Source: an uncultured Candidatus Binatia bacterium (GTDB taxonomy: Bacteria > Desulfobacterota > Binatia > UBA9968 > JAJDTQ01). From it: 64,000 nt of DNA. Within the stretch, counting starts at the first letter, position 1. Each line of letters begins with the position of its first letter. Under the pieces are notes generated by a model. The model saw only the letters and a list, made by a program, of their open reading frames with translations. It ran no database searches and was not told the origin of the DNA. The DNA lies in contig OZ251459.1 in assembly GCA_965242525.1 (NCBI GenBank), positions 768,001-832,000 of the forward strand. The letters run 5' to 3'. Position numbers and translations under genes: made by a program. Of the stretch, positions 53,732 to 64,000 are shown in pieces.

Positions 53732-54499
53732 ATGAACACGCTACGGCAGCAGTTGGCGGTTGCGGCCGCGTCACTGAGAAGTTGCCTGGAGCAGCAGCAG
53801 GCCGCGGGGATCCACGTGCTGCCACCGGGCAGCCGCACCGGGGGCGCCGGGGCGCTGGCCCCGGAGTCCGGGGCGCCGGCCCCGGACTCCACGGCGCCGG
53901 CCCTGGAGTCCGCGGCTCCGAGGGATGAGACCCGCGCCGCGGCGAGCCTTTCGGAGCTTCGGGACGTGCTCGGCGACTGCCGCCGCTGCAAGCTGTGGCA
54001 GGGGCGCAGCCGCATCGTTTACGGCGTGGGCAACGCGGACGCCGACGTCCTGTTCGTGGGAGAGGGGCCGGGCAGGGACGAGGACTTGCAGGGGGAGCCT
54101 TTCGTGGGACGCGCCGGACAGTTGCTCACCGACATCATCACCAAGGGAATGAAGCTGCGGCGCGAGGACGTCTATATCGCCAACGTGGTCAAGTGCCGTC
54201 CGCCGCAGAACCGCGACCCGGAGCCCGACGAGGTGGCGTCGTGCGAGCCTTTCCTGGTGCGGCAGATCGAGTTGGTGAAGCCGCGGGTGGTCATCGCGTT
54301 GGGGAGGTTCGCGGTGCAGACCCTGCTGCGCTCCGCGGAGCCGGTCTCCCGGCTGCGCGGAAAATGGCACGACTACCGCGGCATCCGGCTGATGCCCACC
54401 TACCATCCGGCTTACCTGCTGCGGAACCCCGGGGACAAGCGGCTCGTCTGGGAAGACATCAAGAGCGTCCTGCGGGAGATGGGGACGGCGGTTACGTAA
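53732..54499 (+). CDS. Uracil-DNA glycosylase family 4
   Basis: [23 protein letters not shown]. Confidence 0.93.
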   Translation: MNTLRQQLAVAAASLRSCLEQQQAAGIHVLPPGSRTGGAGALAPESGAPAPDSTAPALESAAPRDETRAAASLSELRDVLGDCRRCKLWQGRSRIVYGVGNADADVLFVGEGPGRDEDLQGEPFVGRAGQLLTDIITKGMKLRREDVYIANVVKCRPPQNRDPEPDEVASCEPFLVRQIELVKPRVVIALGRFAVQTLLRSAEPVSRLRGKWHDYRGIRLMPTYHPAYLLRNPGDKRLVWEDIKSVLREMGTAVT

Positions 54500-55834
54500 A
54501 TGGCGCGCATGCGGCCGAGGCCGGGCGTCCGGGTGTGGGCGCTGCTGCTCCTCATCGCGGGCGTCGGATGGGGGGCGTTCCACGCCGGCGGCTCGGTCCA
54601 ACCGTCCGGTCCCGGCTCCCACGTGAACCTCATCGTCGTGGACGGCGGCATCAACCCCGCGGTCAAGGACTACATCCGGGACAGCATACGGCAGGCCCGG
54701 GAGGGCAACGCCCGGGCCCTCATCATCCAGCTCGACACCCCCGGGGGACTCCTGTCCTCCACCCGCTCCATCGTCAAGGACCTGCTCAGCGCCCCGTTGC
54801 CGGTCATCGTCTATGTGGCGCCCAGCGGGGCCGGCGCGGGCTCCGCAGGGGTCTTCATCACCATGGCGGCCAACGTGGCGGCCATGGCGCCCGGCACCAA
54901 CATCGGGGCCGCCCACCCGGTGGCGGGCGGCGGCCAGGAAGTCGAGGGCGTCATGGGCGAGAAGATCGAGAACTTCACCGCTTCGTTCAGCGAGACCATC
55001 GCCGAACGGCGCGGGCGCAACACCGAGTTCGCCATCCAGGCGGTGCGCCGGAGCGTCTCCATCACCGACAAGGAGGCCCTGGAGAAGCGCGTGGTGGATA
55101 TCGTCGCGGTGAACCTGGGCGACCTGCTGAAGCAGGCGGACGGGCGCGAGGTGGACGTGGCCGGGGTCAAGCGCGTGCTCGACTTCGACGGGGTGTCGGT
55201 GGTGCGTTTCGAGATGGGGCTCAAGCTCAGGGTCCTCAACATCCTGGCGGACCCCAACATCGCCTACCTGCTGATGATGGCCGGCATCCTCGGACTCTAC
55301 ATGGAGTTCTCGAACCCGGGCGCGCTCTTCCCGGGCATCGCCGGCGGCATCGCGCTGCTGCTGGCCCTGGCGTCCTTCCAGGTGCTGCCCATCAACTATG
55401 CGGGCCTCCTGTTGATCGGCCTCGGCATGTGCCTGCTGGTGGCGGAGGCGTTCCTGCCGAGTTTCGGCATACTCGGCATCAGCGGGGCGGTGGCCCTGGG
55501 CCTCGGCTCGCTGCTGCTCTTCGACGCGGGGGAGACGGACCTGATGGTGGATCGGTCCATCGTGCTGGCCGCGGTGGGCACCTTGAGCGCGTTCGTGCTG
55601 GTGGTCACCTGGCTCGTGGTCAAGTCCCAGCGCAGGAAGGCGACCCTGGGGTTCGAGGGACTCGTGGGCGAGGTGGGCGAGGTGCGGGAGCGCCTGGACT
55701 TGAGGGGCAAGGTCTTCGTGCACGGCGAAGTGTGGAACGCGGAAGGGGCGGAGCCGTTGGAGCCGGGCGACCGGATCGAGGTGGTCGCACACGACGGGAT
55801 GACGCTCAAGGTCAAACGCGCGGCGGAGGTCTGA
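54500..55834 (+). CDS. NfeD family membrane serine protease
   Basis: LDTPGG, AGSAG, GAAHPV, C-terminal OB domain; paired with a slipin. Confidence 0.92.
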   Translation: MARMRPRPGVRVWALLLLIAGVGWGAFHAGGSVQPSGPGSHVNLIVVDGGINPAVKDYIRDSIRQAREGNARALIIQLDTPGGLLSSTRSIVKDLLSAPLPVIVYVAPSGAGAGSAGVFITMAANVAAMAPGTNIGAAHPVAGGGQEVEGVMGEKIENFTASFSETIAERRGRNTEFAIQAVRRSVSITDKEALEKRVVDIVAVNLGDLLKQADGREVDVAGVKRVLDFDGVSVVRFEMGLKLRVLNILADPNIAYLLMMAGILGLYMEFSNPGALFPGIAGGIALLLALASFQVLPINYAGLLLIGLGMCLLVAEAFLPSFGILGISGAVALGLGSLLLFDAGETDLMVDRSIVLAAVGTLSAFVLVVTWLVVKSQRRKATLGFEGLVGEVGEVRERLDLRGKVFVHGEVWNAEGAEPLEPGDRIEVVAHDGMTLKVKRAAEV

Positions 55835-55882
55835 CCGGAGGTCGAGACCCTCGGACCGGCCCCCGCGGCGCAGGAGAAACTC

Positions 55883-56650
55883 ATGCTGGAATTCGGACCC
55901 CCTGCCATCGTGATCATCATCGTCGTCGGGTTGGCCGTCAGCGGGATCAAGGTGCTCAAGGAATACGAGCGCGGAGTCATCTTCCGGTTGGGCCGCATGG
56001 TGAACTCCCGGGGGCCGGGGATCATCTACGTCATCCCCTTCATCGAGAAGATGGAGCGGGTGGAGCTCCGGACCGTCACCATGGACATCCCTTCCCAGGA
56101 CGTCATCACCCGGGACAACGTGTCGGTGAAGGTCAACGCGGTGCTCTACTTCCGGGTGCTGGACCCCAACCGCGCCATCCGGGAAGTGGCCAACTACCTG
56201 TTCGCCACGTCCCAACTGGCCCAGGTGACGCTGCGGAGCATCTGCGGCCAGGCGGAGCTCGACCAGCTCCTGTCCGAGCGGGAACGCATCAACGCCGACA
56301 TCCAGAAGATCCTCGACGAGCAGACCGACCCCTGGGGCATCAAGGTGGTGCTGACCGAGCTCAAGCACATCGACCTGCCCGAAGAGATGCAGCGCGCCAT
56401 GGCCCGGCAAGCCGAGGCCGAGCGCGAGCGGCGCGCCAAGATCATCCTGGCCGACGGCGAGTACCAGGCCTCCCAGAAACTCCAGGAAGCGGCTACGGTC
56501 ATCGCCAAGGAGCCCATGGCCATGCAGCTCCGGTTCCTGCAAAGCCTGCAGGAAGTGGCCAGCGACAAGAACTCCACCACCATATTCCCGGTGCCGGTGG
56601 ACCTCCTGACTCCGTTCCTCAAGAAGGCGGTCGGGGAGGAGGACGCTTAG
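55883..56650 (+). CDS. SPFH/slipin (stomatin-like) protein
   Basis: [30 protein letters not shown]. Confidence 0.93.
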   Translation: MLEFGPPAIVIIIVVGLAVSGIKVLKEYERGVIFRLGRMVNSRGPGIIYVIPFIEKMERVELRTVTMDIPSQDVITRDNVSVKVNAVLYFRVLDPNRAIREVANYLFATSQLAQVTLRSICGQAELDQLLSERERINADIQKILDEQTDPWGIKVVLTELKHIDLPEEMQRAMARQAEAERERRAKIILADGEYQASQKLQEAATVIAKEPMAMQLRFLQSLQEVASDKNSTTIFPVPVDLLTPFLKKAVGEEDA

Positions 56651-56692
56651 GGGGACGCTTCCCCAGCGGCCTGCCCCCGGGCCTGCCTGTCC

Positions 56693-57730
56693 ATGCTGCT
56701 GGAAGAGCTGGCTTACGAACTTCCCGAAGCGCTGGTCTCCGCCTACCCCGCGGCGGATCGGACGTCGGCCCGTCTCATGGTGGTGGAGCGCCGCTCCGGG
56801 GACATGGCCCATTCCCGTTTCGCCTCCCTGGGGGAGTTCCTGGCGCCCGGGGACCTGCTGGTGCTCAACGACTCCCGGGTGATCCCGGCGCGCCTCGAAG
56901 GGCGCAAGGAGAGCGGCGGCAGGGCCGCGGTGCTGCTGGTGGAGCCCTTCGACGTCGAGCGCGGCCTCTGGCTCGCGTTGGCGGAGACCTCCGGCAGGCT
57001 GCGGGCGGGGGCGCGCCTCGCGTTCTCCCCGGAGCTCTCGGCCACGGTGGTGGGGGAGCTCGGGCAGGGCCGCTACGGACTCCGGTTCGAGCATCGGGGG
57101 GGCTTCCTGGAGCGGCTGGAGGAGCTCGGGGCGCCGCCCCTGCCCGGCTACATCCGGCGGGTGCGCGGAGTGGAGGAGGGGGACCGCGACCGCTACCAGA
57201 CGGTGTACGCCTCCGCGCCCGGTTCGGTGGCGGCGCCCACCGCGGGCCTCCACTTCACCGAGGCGCTGCTGGACGAGCTCGCGGGGCAGGGCGTGGACAG
57301 CGTGCGCGTCACCCTGCACGTGGGTCCGGGGACGTTCCGCCCGGTGCGGGAGGAGGTGGTGGAGGACCACCGCATGGACGGCGAGTGGTATTCGTTGACC
57401 GAGGCCGCGGCCGAGCGCATCCGCGGTGCCCGGGAGAGGGGAGGGCGGGTGGTGGCCGTAGGCTCTACGGTCACCCGCACGCTGGAGAGCATCGCCCGGC
57501 GCAGGGGCAGGGTGGCGGCCGACTCCGGCATCACCCGGCTGTTCATCGCCCCCGGCTACCGCTTCCGCGCGGTGGACGCACTCATCACCAACTTCCACCT
57601 GCCGCGATCGACCCCGCTGGCCATGGTGGCCGCCCTGGCCGGCCTCGACCTGGTGCGCCGCGCCTACGCCGAGGCCATCGAACGGGGCTACCGGTTCTAC
57701 AGCTACGGCGACGCCATGCTGATCCGGTAG
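56693..57730 (+). CDS. queA: SAM:tRNA ribosyltransferase-isomerase
   Basis: YQTVYA, AAPTAGLHF, TNFHLP, YSYGDAM. Confidence 0.96.
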   Translation: MLLEELAYELPEALVSAYPAADRTSARLMVVERRSGDMAHSRFASLGEFLAPGDLLVLNDSRVIPARLEGRKESGGRAAVLLVEPFDVERGLWLALAETSGRLRAGARLAFSPELSATVVGELGQGRYGLRFEHRGGFLERLEELGAPPLPGYIRRVRGVEEGDRDRYQTVYASAPGSVAAPTAGLHFTEALLDELAGQGVDSVRVTLHVGPGTFRPVREEVVEDHRMDGEWYSLTEAAAERIRGARERGGRVVAVGSTVTRTLESIARRRGRVAADSGITRLFIAPGYRFRAVDALITNFHLPRSTPLAMVAALAGLDLVRRAYAEAIERGYRFYSYGDAMLIR

Positions 57731-57758
57731 GGACCCACGGGACCGCGGCCGCCAAGCC

Positions 57759-58913
57759 ATGAAGTTCACGGTTACCCGCAAGGACCCGGACAGCCGCGCG
57801 CGGACGGGCCGGCTGGAGACCGCCCACGGAGCGGTGGAGACCCCGGCGTTCATGCCGGTGGGGACCCGGGGCGCGGTCAAGGGGTTGTCGCCCCGGGACC
57901 TCCGGGAGGTCTCGGCCCGGATGGTCCTGTGCAACACCTACCACCTCTACCTGCGGCCCGGGGAGGAGCTCATCAGGGACCTGGGGGGCCTGCACGCGTT
58001 CATGGGCTGGCAAGGGCCGATCCTCACCGACAGCGGCGGTTACCAAGTGTTGAGCCTCGCGGCCATGCGGAAGATCTCCGAAGAGGGGGTCTCCTTCCGC
58101 TCCCACCTGGACGGCTCGTCCCACTTCCTAACCCCGGAGAAGGTGGTGGGCATCCAGCAGGCCCTGGGCGTGGACGTGGCCATGGTGCTGGACGAGTGCA
58201 TCCCCTACCCGTCGGACCGGGACTACGTGGAGCGCTCCACCCGCCGCACCGTGCGCTGGGCGCGCCGGTCGCTGGAGGCCCCCCGGAACCGCGACTGCGC
58301 CCTGTTCGGCATCGTCCAGGGAGGCGTGTTCGAGGACCTGCGCGAGGAATGCGCGGCCCGGCTGCGGGACCTCCCTTTCGACGGTTTCGCCGCCGGAGGC
58401 CTGGGCGTGGGCGAGGGGCCGGCGCTGCTGGCGCAGGTGGGGAGCTTCACCGCGGGGTTGATGCCCGAGGACCGGCCGCGTTACCTCATGGGCCTGGGGA
58501 AGCCCGAAGACTTGATACGAGGGGTCCGTTCCGGCTATGATCTGTTCGATTGCGTTCTGCCGACCAGGAACGCGAGGAACGGTACGTTATACACTGCCGC
58601 GGGGAAGCTCAGCATCAAGAACGCAGCGTTCGCCCGGGACCCGCGTCCCGTGGACGAAGGCTGCCCATGCTACGGTTGCCGGCATTTTTCGCGTGCCTAC
58701 CTTCGCCACCTCTACATGGCTGGCGAAATCCTTGCGGCCCATCTGAACACGCTGCACAACGTCTGCTATTACCAGCGGTTGATGGCGGAGTTGCGCAGGG
58801 CCATCGGGGACGGGTCGAGCCTGGAGGACGCGGCCGGGGGCGGTCGGCGGCCCGCGGATGCGGCCGGCCGGGACGCGGGGGTTCCCGACGCAGGGCGTCG
58901 GGAGCGTGGTTGA
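57759..58913 (+). CDS. tgt: tRNA-guanine transglycosylase
   Basis: TPAFMPVGT, TDSGGYQ, DCVLPTRNARNG, CPCYGC...HN. Confidence 0.96.
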   Translation: MKFTVTRKDPDSRARTGRLETAHGAVETPAFMPVGTRGAVKGLSPRDLREVSARMVLCNTYHLYLRPGEELIRDLGGLHAFMGWQGPILTDSGGYQVLSLAAMRKISEEGVSFRSHLDGSSHFLTPEKVVGIQQALGVDVAMVLDECIPYPSDRDYVERSTRRTVRWARRSLEAPRNRDCALFGIVQGGVFEDLREECAARLRDLPFDGFAAGGLGVGEGPALLAQVGSFTAGLMPEDRPRYLMGLGKPEDLIRGVRSGYDLFDCVLPTRNARNGTLYTAAGKLSIKNAAFARDPRPVDEGCPCYGCRHFSRAYLRHLYMAGEILAAHLNTLHNVCYYQRLMAELRRAIGDGSSLEDAAGGGRRPADAAGRDAGVPDAGRRERG

Positions 58914-58946
58914 CGAGTTTCGAGCGTCGGAGTTTCGGAGGATAAA

Positions 58947-59279
58947 ATGTGGGACGTAGCCTACGCCCAGGCCGGGGGAGGCCCCAGCACCTTCATCAGC
59001 ATGTTGCCGCTGGTGCTCATCTTCGCGGTCTTCTACTTCCTCCTGATCCGGCCGCAGCAGCGCAAGGCCAGGGACCACAGGAACATGCTGGCCCAGCTCA
59101 AGCGCAACGACGAGGTCATGACCACCGGCGGCGTGTTCGGCAAGGTCCTGGGGTTGACCGAGACCGAAGTGACCCTGGAGGTGGCCCCCAACGTGAAGAT
59201 CCGGGTGAGCCGGAGCTACATCGCGCAGCTCTTCCGGCCGGACAAGCCCGGCGGGGCCAAGGAGGTCAAGGGCAAGTAG
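58947..59279 (+). CDS. yajC: Preprotein translocase subunit YajC
   Basis: FYFLLIRPQ, VMTTGG; tgt-yajC-secD-secF synteny. Confidence 0.95.
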   Translation: MWDVAYAQAGGGPSTFISMLPLVLIFAVFYFLLIRPQQRKARDHRNMLAQLKRNDEVMTTGGVFGKVLGLTETEVTLEVAPNVKIRVSRSYIAQLFRPDKPGGAKEVKGK

Positions 59280-59345
59280 GCGCCGCGGACGGCGCGGCCG
59301 GGAGGACCCGCCGCGGGTCCGGCGAACCGGTTCGGGAAACGAGTC

Positions 59346-60935
59346 ATGCGTCAAAGCCTGGTCATACGTCTGGTGCTCCTGGTGGTCTGCACCGCGGCGG
59401 CAGGGTTCTACCTTGCCCCGAGCTTCGTGTCCGGCCTGTGGTTCCTGCCCGAGGTGGGCATCCGCCTGGGCCTGGACCTGCAGGGCGGCTCCCACCTGGT
59501 GCTGGAAGTGGAGGTGGAGAAGGCGGTGGAGAACCGCCTGCGGCGGGTGCGGAGCGCCCTCCGCGACGAATTGCGGGAGCGCGGCATCGCCTTCGGCCGG
59601 CTGGAGATCGAGGACGCCCGGGAACTGGTGGTCACCGCGTCCCAGGACCAAATGCAACGGATCCGGGACCTGCTGTCCACCGAGTTCCCGCAACTGGAGG
59701 TTTCCGGATCCGGCGCGGCGGGTCAGGACGGGGCCGAGTTGCGGGCGGTTTTCAGCGCGCGGGAGCTGGAGGAGATCAGCGACTTCGCGGTGGACCAGAC
59801 CCTGGAGACCATCCGCAACCGCATCGACCAGTTCGGGGTCACCGAGCCGACCATCCAGCGCCAGGGCCGGCGGGACATACTCGTCCAGCTTCCCGGCATC
59901 CAGGACCCGGAGCGGGCCAAGGCGCTCATCGGCAAGACCGCGCTGCTGGAGTTCAAGCTGGTGGACGAGCGCGGCGACGTGGAGCAGGCGGTGCGGGCCG
60001 GCGCGCCCCCGGGCCGGGAGGTGCTGTTCGGCTACCAGAGCACGGACTCGCCCGGGCTGCGCCGGGACAAGATACCCTACCTGCTGGAAGCGCGCACGCT
60101 GATGACCGGCGACGCCATCGCCGACGCCAACGTGCGCCGGGGCGATCAACTCGAAGGGGTGTACGTGGAGCTCGCCCTGAACTCCGTGGGCAGCACCGCG
60201 TTCGACCGCCTGACCGCGGAGAACGTCGGGCGGCTGCTGGCCATCGTGCTGGACGGCCGGGTCTATTCCGCGCCGCAGATCCGCGAGCGGATCTCCGGCG
60301 GCGTGGCCTCCATCACCGGCAGCTTCAGCTTCCAGGAGGCCCGGGACCTGGCCATCGTGCTGCGGGCCGGCGCCTTGCCCGCGCCCGTGGAGATCCTCGA
60401 AGAGCGCACGGTGGGGCCGTCCCTGGGGCGGGACTCGGTGCGCCAGGGGGTGACGTCGTTCATCCTCGGCAGCATCCTCGTGCTCGTCTTCATGGCCGCC
60501 TACTACCGGGGCGCGGGCCTTCTGGCGGACGTGGCGCTGGTCCTCAACGTCTTCTTCATGATGGCGGTCCTCGCGGGCTTCGAGGCGGTGCTCACGCTCC
60601 CCGGCATCGCCGGCGTCATCCTGACCCTGGGCATGGCGGTGGACGCCAACGTCCTCATCAACGAGCGCATCCGCGAGGAGGTGCGGAACGGGAAGACCGC
60701 CCGGTCCGCGGTGGACACGGGCTACGAGCGCGCCATACCGGCCATACTCGACTCGAACCTGACGACGTTCCTGGCGGGCGTCATCCTGTTCCAGTTCGGC
60801 ACCGGTCCGGTGCGCGGCTTCGCCGTGACCCTGTGCGTGGGAATCCTGACCACGGTGGTGTCCGCGGTCTATGGGACCCGCATCTACTACGATTACCGCC
60901 TGGCTCGGCGGAACCTCGCCAGGCTGTCCCTGTGA
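59346..60935 (+). CDS. secD: Protein translocase subunit SecD
   Basis: LGLDLQGG, RNRIDQFGV, VGPSLG, GMAVDANVLINERI. Confidence 0.96.
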   Translation: MRQSLVIRLVLLVVCTAAAGFYLAPSFVSGLWFLPEVGIRLGLDLQGGSHLVLEVEVEKAVENRLRRVRSALRDELRERGIAFGRLEIEDARELVVTASQDQMQRIRDLLSTEFPQLEVSGSGAAGQDGAELRAVFSARELEEISDFAVDQTLETIRNRIDQFGVTEPTIQRQGRRDILVQLPGIQDPERAKALIGKTALLEFKLVDERGDVEQAVRAGAPPGREVLFGYQSTDSPGLRRDKIPYLLEARTLMTGDAIADANVRRGDQLEGVYVELALNSVGSTAFDRLTAENVGRLLAIVLDGRVYSAPQIRERISGGVASITGSFSFQEARDLAIVLRAGALPAPVEILEERTVGPSLGRDSVRQGVTSFILGSILVLVFMAAYYRGAGLLADVALVLNVFFMMAVLAGFEAVLTLPGIAGVILTLGMAVDANVLINERIREEVRNGKTARSAVDTGYERAIPAILDSNLTTFLAGVILFQFGTGPVRGFAVTLCVGILTTVVSAVYGTRIYYDYRLARRNLARLSL

Positions 60936-60994
60936 GCGGGGCCGCGGCGCGAGACCCGGGGCGCTGACCCGCCGCGGACCGGACTGCGAAAGAC

Positions 60995-61891
60995 ATGGAA
61001 ATCATCAAGCCGGGAACCCGGATACCTTTTCTGAGCTATCGCCGATGGGGCTTCGTGCTGTCGTCGGCGCTCATGGTCGGCGTGGCGCTGTTGCTGTTCA
61101 CCAAGGGGCCGAACCTGGGCGTCGATTTCGAGGGCGGCACCATGGTCCACGTGAAGTTCACCGAGCCGGTGACCATCGGGCAACTGCGCGGCGCCCTCGC
61201 CCAATCCACCCTGGGCGGGGTGGTGCAGGACTTCGGCGGGGGCGGCTCGGGCGAGTACCTGATCCGCATGGAGAAGTCGGCCGCCCGCATCGGCACGGTG
61301 GGCCGGGACATCCGGGAGGTCCTGGACGGGGCCTTCGGCGCGGGCGGCTACGAAGTGCTGCGAGTGGAGTCCGTGGGTCCCAAGGTCGGCGACGACCTCC
61401 GCCGCAGAGGCATCTTGTCGGTGATCTTCGCCACCATCATGATGGGCGCCTACATCTGGATCCGGTTCGAGCTGCGCTTCGGCCTGGGCGCCATCGTGGC
61501 CCTGATCCACGACGTGCTCGTGACCGTGGGGGCGCTGGTCATCGCCGGCTTCGAGTTCGACCTCCCCATCGTGGCCGCGCTCCTCACCATCGCCGGCTAC
61601 TCGGTCAACGACACGGTGGTGATCTGCGACCGCATACGCGAGAACATGCGCAAGCGCCGCCGGGACTCCATGGAGACCATCATCGACACCAGCATCAACG
61701 AGACCCTGGGGCGGACCATCCTGACCACCGTGACCTCGCTGCTGGTGTTGACGGCGTTGCTGGTGCTGGGCGGCGGGGTGATCCGGCCCTTCGCCTTCAC
61801 GCTGTTCGTGGGCTTCCTGTCGGGGCTCTATTCCACCATCTTCGTGGCCACGCCCACCATCCTCCTGTTCGAGAGGGGCAGGCGGCGATAG
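60995..61891 (+). CDS. secF: Protein translocase subunit SecF
   Basis: GVDFEGG, HDV, GYSVNDTVVICDRIRE. Confidence 0.96.
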   Translation: MEIIKPGTRIPFLSYRRWGFVLSSALMVGVALLLFTKGPNLGVDFEGGTMVHVKFTEPVTIGQLRGALAQSTLGGVVQDFGGGGSGEYLIRMEKSAARIGTVGRDIREVLDGAFGAGGYEVLRVESVGPKVGDDLRRRGILSVIFATIMMGAYIWIRFELRFGLGAIVALIHDVLVTVGALVIAGFEFDLPIVAALLTIAGYSVNDTVVICDRIRENMRKRRRDSMETIIDTSINETLGRTILTTVTSLLVLTALLVLGGGVIRPFAFTLFVGFLSGLYSTIFVATPTILLFERGRRR

Positions 61892-62006
61892 ACGGCCGTC
61901 CGCATACGGCGCCGGTGCGGCGGCGCGTCCGGGGCCGACGGGTCCTTCCCCGCCGACCGCGGGGCCGAGGGGGGCGAGGCTCCCGAGGGCTGACGGAAGG
62001 CTGACC

Positions 62007-63737
62007 ATGCCGCGCGACGTTCCCAGGCGCTGGGTCCTGCGAGAGGCCGACGAGACCGCGGCGGCCCGCCTGTCGCGGGAGCTGGAGCTCCCGCGGCTGT
62101 TGGCCCGCATCCTCGTGCAACGGGGCTTCGCCGACGCGGACGCGGCCCGGAGCTTCCTTTCCTCCAGCCTGGGCTCGGACCTGCCGCCGCCCCACCTGCT
62201 CGCCGGGATGGAGGACGCGGTGGGGCGCCTCCGCCACGCCCTCGACCGCCGGGAGCGGGTGGGCGTGTGGGGCGACTACGACGTGGACGGCACCACCGGG
62301 GCCGCGGTCCTGGTCTCGTTCCTGCGCGAGCTCGGCTGCGAGGCCACGTTCTACATCCCCCACCGCATCGACGAGGGCTACGGCATGAGCCGGCAGGGGA
62401 TCGAAGAGCTGCATTCCCGGCGGGTGACGCTCATCGTCACCGTCGATTGCGGCATCTCCAACGCCGAAGAGGTCGCTTTCGCGCGCACCCTGGGCATGGA
62501 CGTGGTCATCGTCGACCACCACCAGTTGCCCGGGCGCCTGCCGGACGCGGCGGTCGCGGTCATCAACCCCCAGCGGGCGGACTGCGCCTTCCCGGACAAG
62601 GGCCTCTGCGCCGCGGGGCTCGCCTTCTACCTGGTCATCGGGCTGCGGGCGAGCCTCAGGGAGTCGGGCCGGTTCGAGGCGGACGGCGTGCCCGACATCC
62701 GGCGCCACCTGGACATCGTGACCCTGGGCACCATCGCCGACATGGTGCCGCTGCGGGGCGCCAACCGGGTGCTGACCCGGAGGGGCCTGGTGGAGCTCGG
62801 GGATTCCACCCGCCCGGGCATCGTCGCCCTGCGGGAAGTGGCGGGGCTGCCCCCGGGCCCGGTGGACGCACGCGCGGTGGCCTTCCAGCTCGGACCGCGC
62901 ATCAACGCCGCGGGCCGCATGGACGCCGCGCGCAAGGTGGTGGAGATGCTGACCACCGACTCCCGGGAGACCGCGGACGAGATCGCCCGGGAGCTCGACG
63001 CCCACAACCGGGAGCGGCGGGAGACCGAGGCGCAGGTGCTCGCCGAGGCCCTGGCCCGGATCGAGGAGGGGCGCCTGCAGGAGCGCTGGTCCATCGTGGT
63101 GGGGGGTCGGGGCTGGCACCCGGGGGTGGTGGGCATCGTCGCCTCGCGCATCGTGGAGAGGTTCCACCGCCCCACCGTCGTGGTGGCGCTGGACCAGGGC
63201 GAGGGCAAGGGTTCCGGGCGCAGCATCCGCGGGTTCCACATGGTGCGGGCCATGGACCGCTGCGCCGCGCTGCTGGAGCGCTTCGGCGGCCACGAGCACG
63301 CCGGGGGCCTGAGCATCCGGGAAGAGAACCTGGAGCCCTTTGCCGAGGGGTTCGAGGCCGCGGCGCGGGAGTTCCTGAGCGAACGGGACCTGACGCCGTT
63401 CCTCGACGTGGACGCCGAGGTGGACTTCGGGCAGTTGAACCTGGGGCTCGCCCGGCGGATGCGGCTCCTGGGCCCCTTCGGCGTGGGCAACCCCGAGCCG
63501 GTGCTCCAGACCCGCGGGGTCGAGGTATGCGAGCGCCGGGACTTCGGCTCGGTGTCGCGTTTCCGGCTGAGGCAGGACGAGCACTCGGTGACCGCGGTGG
63601 CCTTTGGCGCGCCCGAAGGATACCCCGGCCAAGTGAACGACCGGGTGGACGCGGCCTACCGGGTGAGGGAGAACCAGTGGCGGGGGACCTGCGCCATGGA
63701 GCTCCGCCTGCTGGAGACGCGGCCCGCGGCCGTTTGA
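62007..63737 (+). CDS. recJ: ssDNA exonuclease RecJ
   Basis: GDYDVDG, TVDCG, DHH, PRINAAGR, GGHEHAGG. Confidence 0.95.
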   Translation: MPRDVPRRWVLREADETAAARLSRELELPRLLARILVQRGFADADAARSFLSSSLGSDLPPPHLLAGMEDAVGRLRHALDRRERVGVWGDYDVDGTTGAAVLVSFLRELGCEATFYIPHRIDEGYGMSRQGIEELHSRRVTLIVTVDCGISNAEEVAFARTLGMDVVIVDHHQLPGRLPDAAVAVINPQRADCAFPDKGLCAAGLAFYLVIGLRASLRESGRFEADGVPDIRRHLDIVTLGTIADMVPLRGANRVLTRRGLVELGDSTRPGIVALREVAGLPPGPVDARAVAFQLGPRINAAGRMDAARKVVEMLTTDSRETADEIARELDAHNRERRETEAQVLAEALARIEEGRLQERWSIVVGGRGWHPGVVGIVASRIVERFHRPTVVVALDQGEGKGSGRSIRGFHMVRAMDRCAALLERFGGHEHAGGLSIREENLEPFAEGFEAAAREFLSERDLTPFLDVDAEVDFGQLNLGLARRMRLLGPFGVGNPEPVLQTRGVEVCERRDFGSVSRFRLRQDEHSVTAVAFGAPEGYPGQVNDRVDAAYRVRENQWRGTCAMELRLLETRPAAV

Positions 63738-63762
63738 CACGGACGGCGTTCTCGGGTACAAA
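63734..63762 (+). promoter_or_regulatory. Candidate rplU promoter overlapping the recJ stop
   Basis: TTGACA-17nt-TACAAA, 11 nt before the ATG. Confidence 0.45.
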
Positions 63763-63773
63763 ATAACGCAGCC

Positions 63774-64000
63774 ATGGGACGTTATGCTGTCGTCAAGACG
63801 GGCGGGAAACAGTACCGGGTGGCCGAGGGCGAGTTGCTCGAGGTCGAGCGCCTGGGTGGGGAAGTGGGCGCCACCGTAACCTTGGACCAGGTGTTGCTGG
63901 TGAGCGGCGACGGCGACGACGGGGAGGCCAGGATCGGCACTCCGGTGGTGGAGCAGGCCCAGGTCACCGCGGAGATCGTCAAGCAGGGACTCGACCGGAA
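63774..64000 (+). CDS. rplU: 50S ribosomal protein L21 (runs off the window)
   Basis: [16 protein letters not shown]. Confidence 0.93.
   Translation, partial: MGRYAVVKTGGKQYRVAEGELLEVERLGGEVGATVTLDQVLLVSGDGDDGEARIGTPVVEQAQVTAEIVKQGLDR

Noticed and set aside
53771-57937. Very long ORFs (1388 aa, 1255 aa, and similar ones at 2551-5490, 39439-42693, 40359-43286)
   Set aside because: Antisense or alternate-frame shadows of well-supported genes in GC-rich DNA, with Arg/Gly/Pro-rich composition and no motifs

Overview
High-GC bacterial chromosomal segment. A housekeeping backbone (partial nrdJ, pgpA, lipA, tRNA-Leu(TAA), deoxyhypusine synthase-like, mlaA, coaBC-udg-nfeD-slipin-queA-tgt-yajC-secDF-recJ-rplU) is interrupted by two integrase-less defence islands. 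Island 1 (2489-12463) is a type III-like Res/Mod pair followed directly by a three-gene ABC-3C/Lamassu-type module. Island 2 (39453-51669) is a type I RM locus with cargo between its subunits: HEPN-like and tiny GIY-YIG-like ORFs, a broken HI0074-type HEPN gene whose nucleotidyltransferase partner is fused to HsdS, DUF6978/DUF1828-1829-like genes, a frameshifted DUF3644-like gene and an AAA ATPase. Accessory genes include a cobalt-type thiocyanate-hydrolase-like three-subunit enzyme with an M24 hydrolase, a UGA/SECIS-recoded GrdB-like selenoprotein with a GrdE-like partner, and a YadA-like adhesin behind a G16 tract. The most striking non-coding feature is about 15 copies of a 100-250 bp element with IS5-like GGAA...TTCC ends, 4-bp target duplications in three copies, and a conserved REP-like palindromic core. 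A second dRS3-like palindrome family occurs only at the defence islands. All family names come from motif recognition by eye; no database searches were run.
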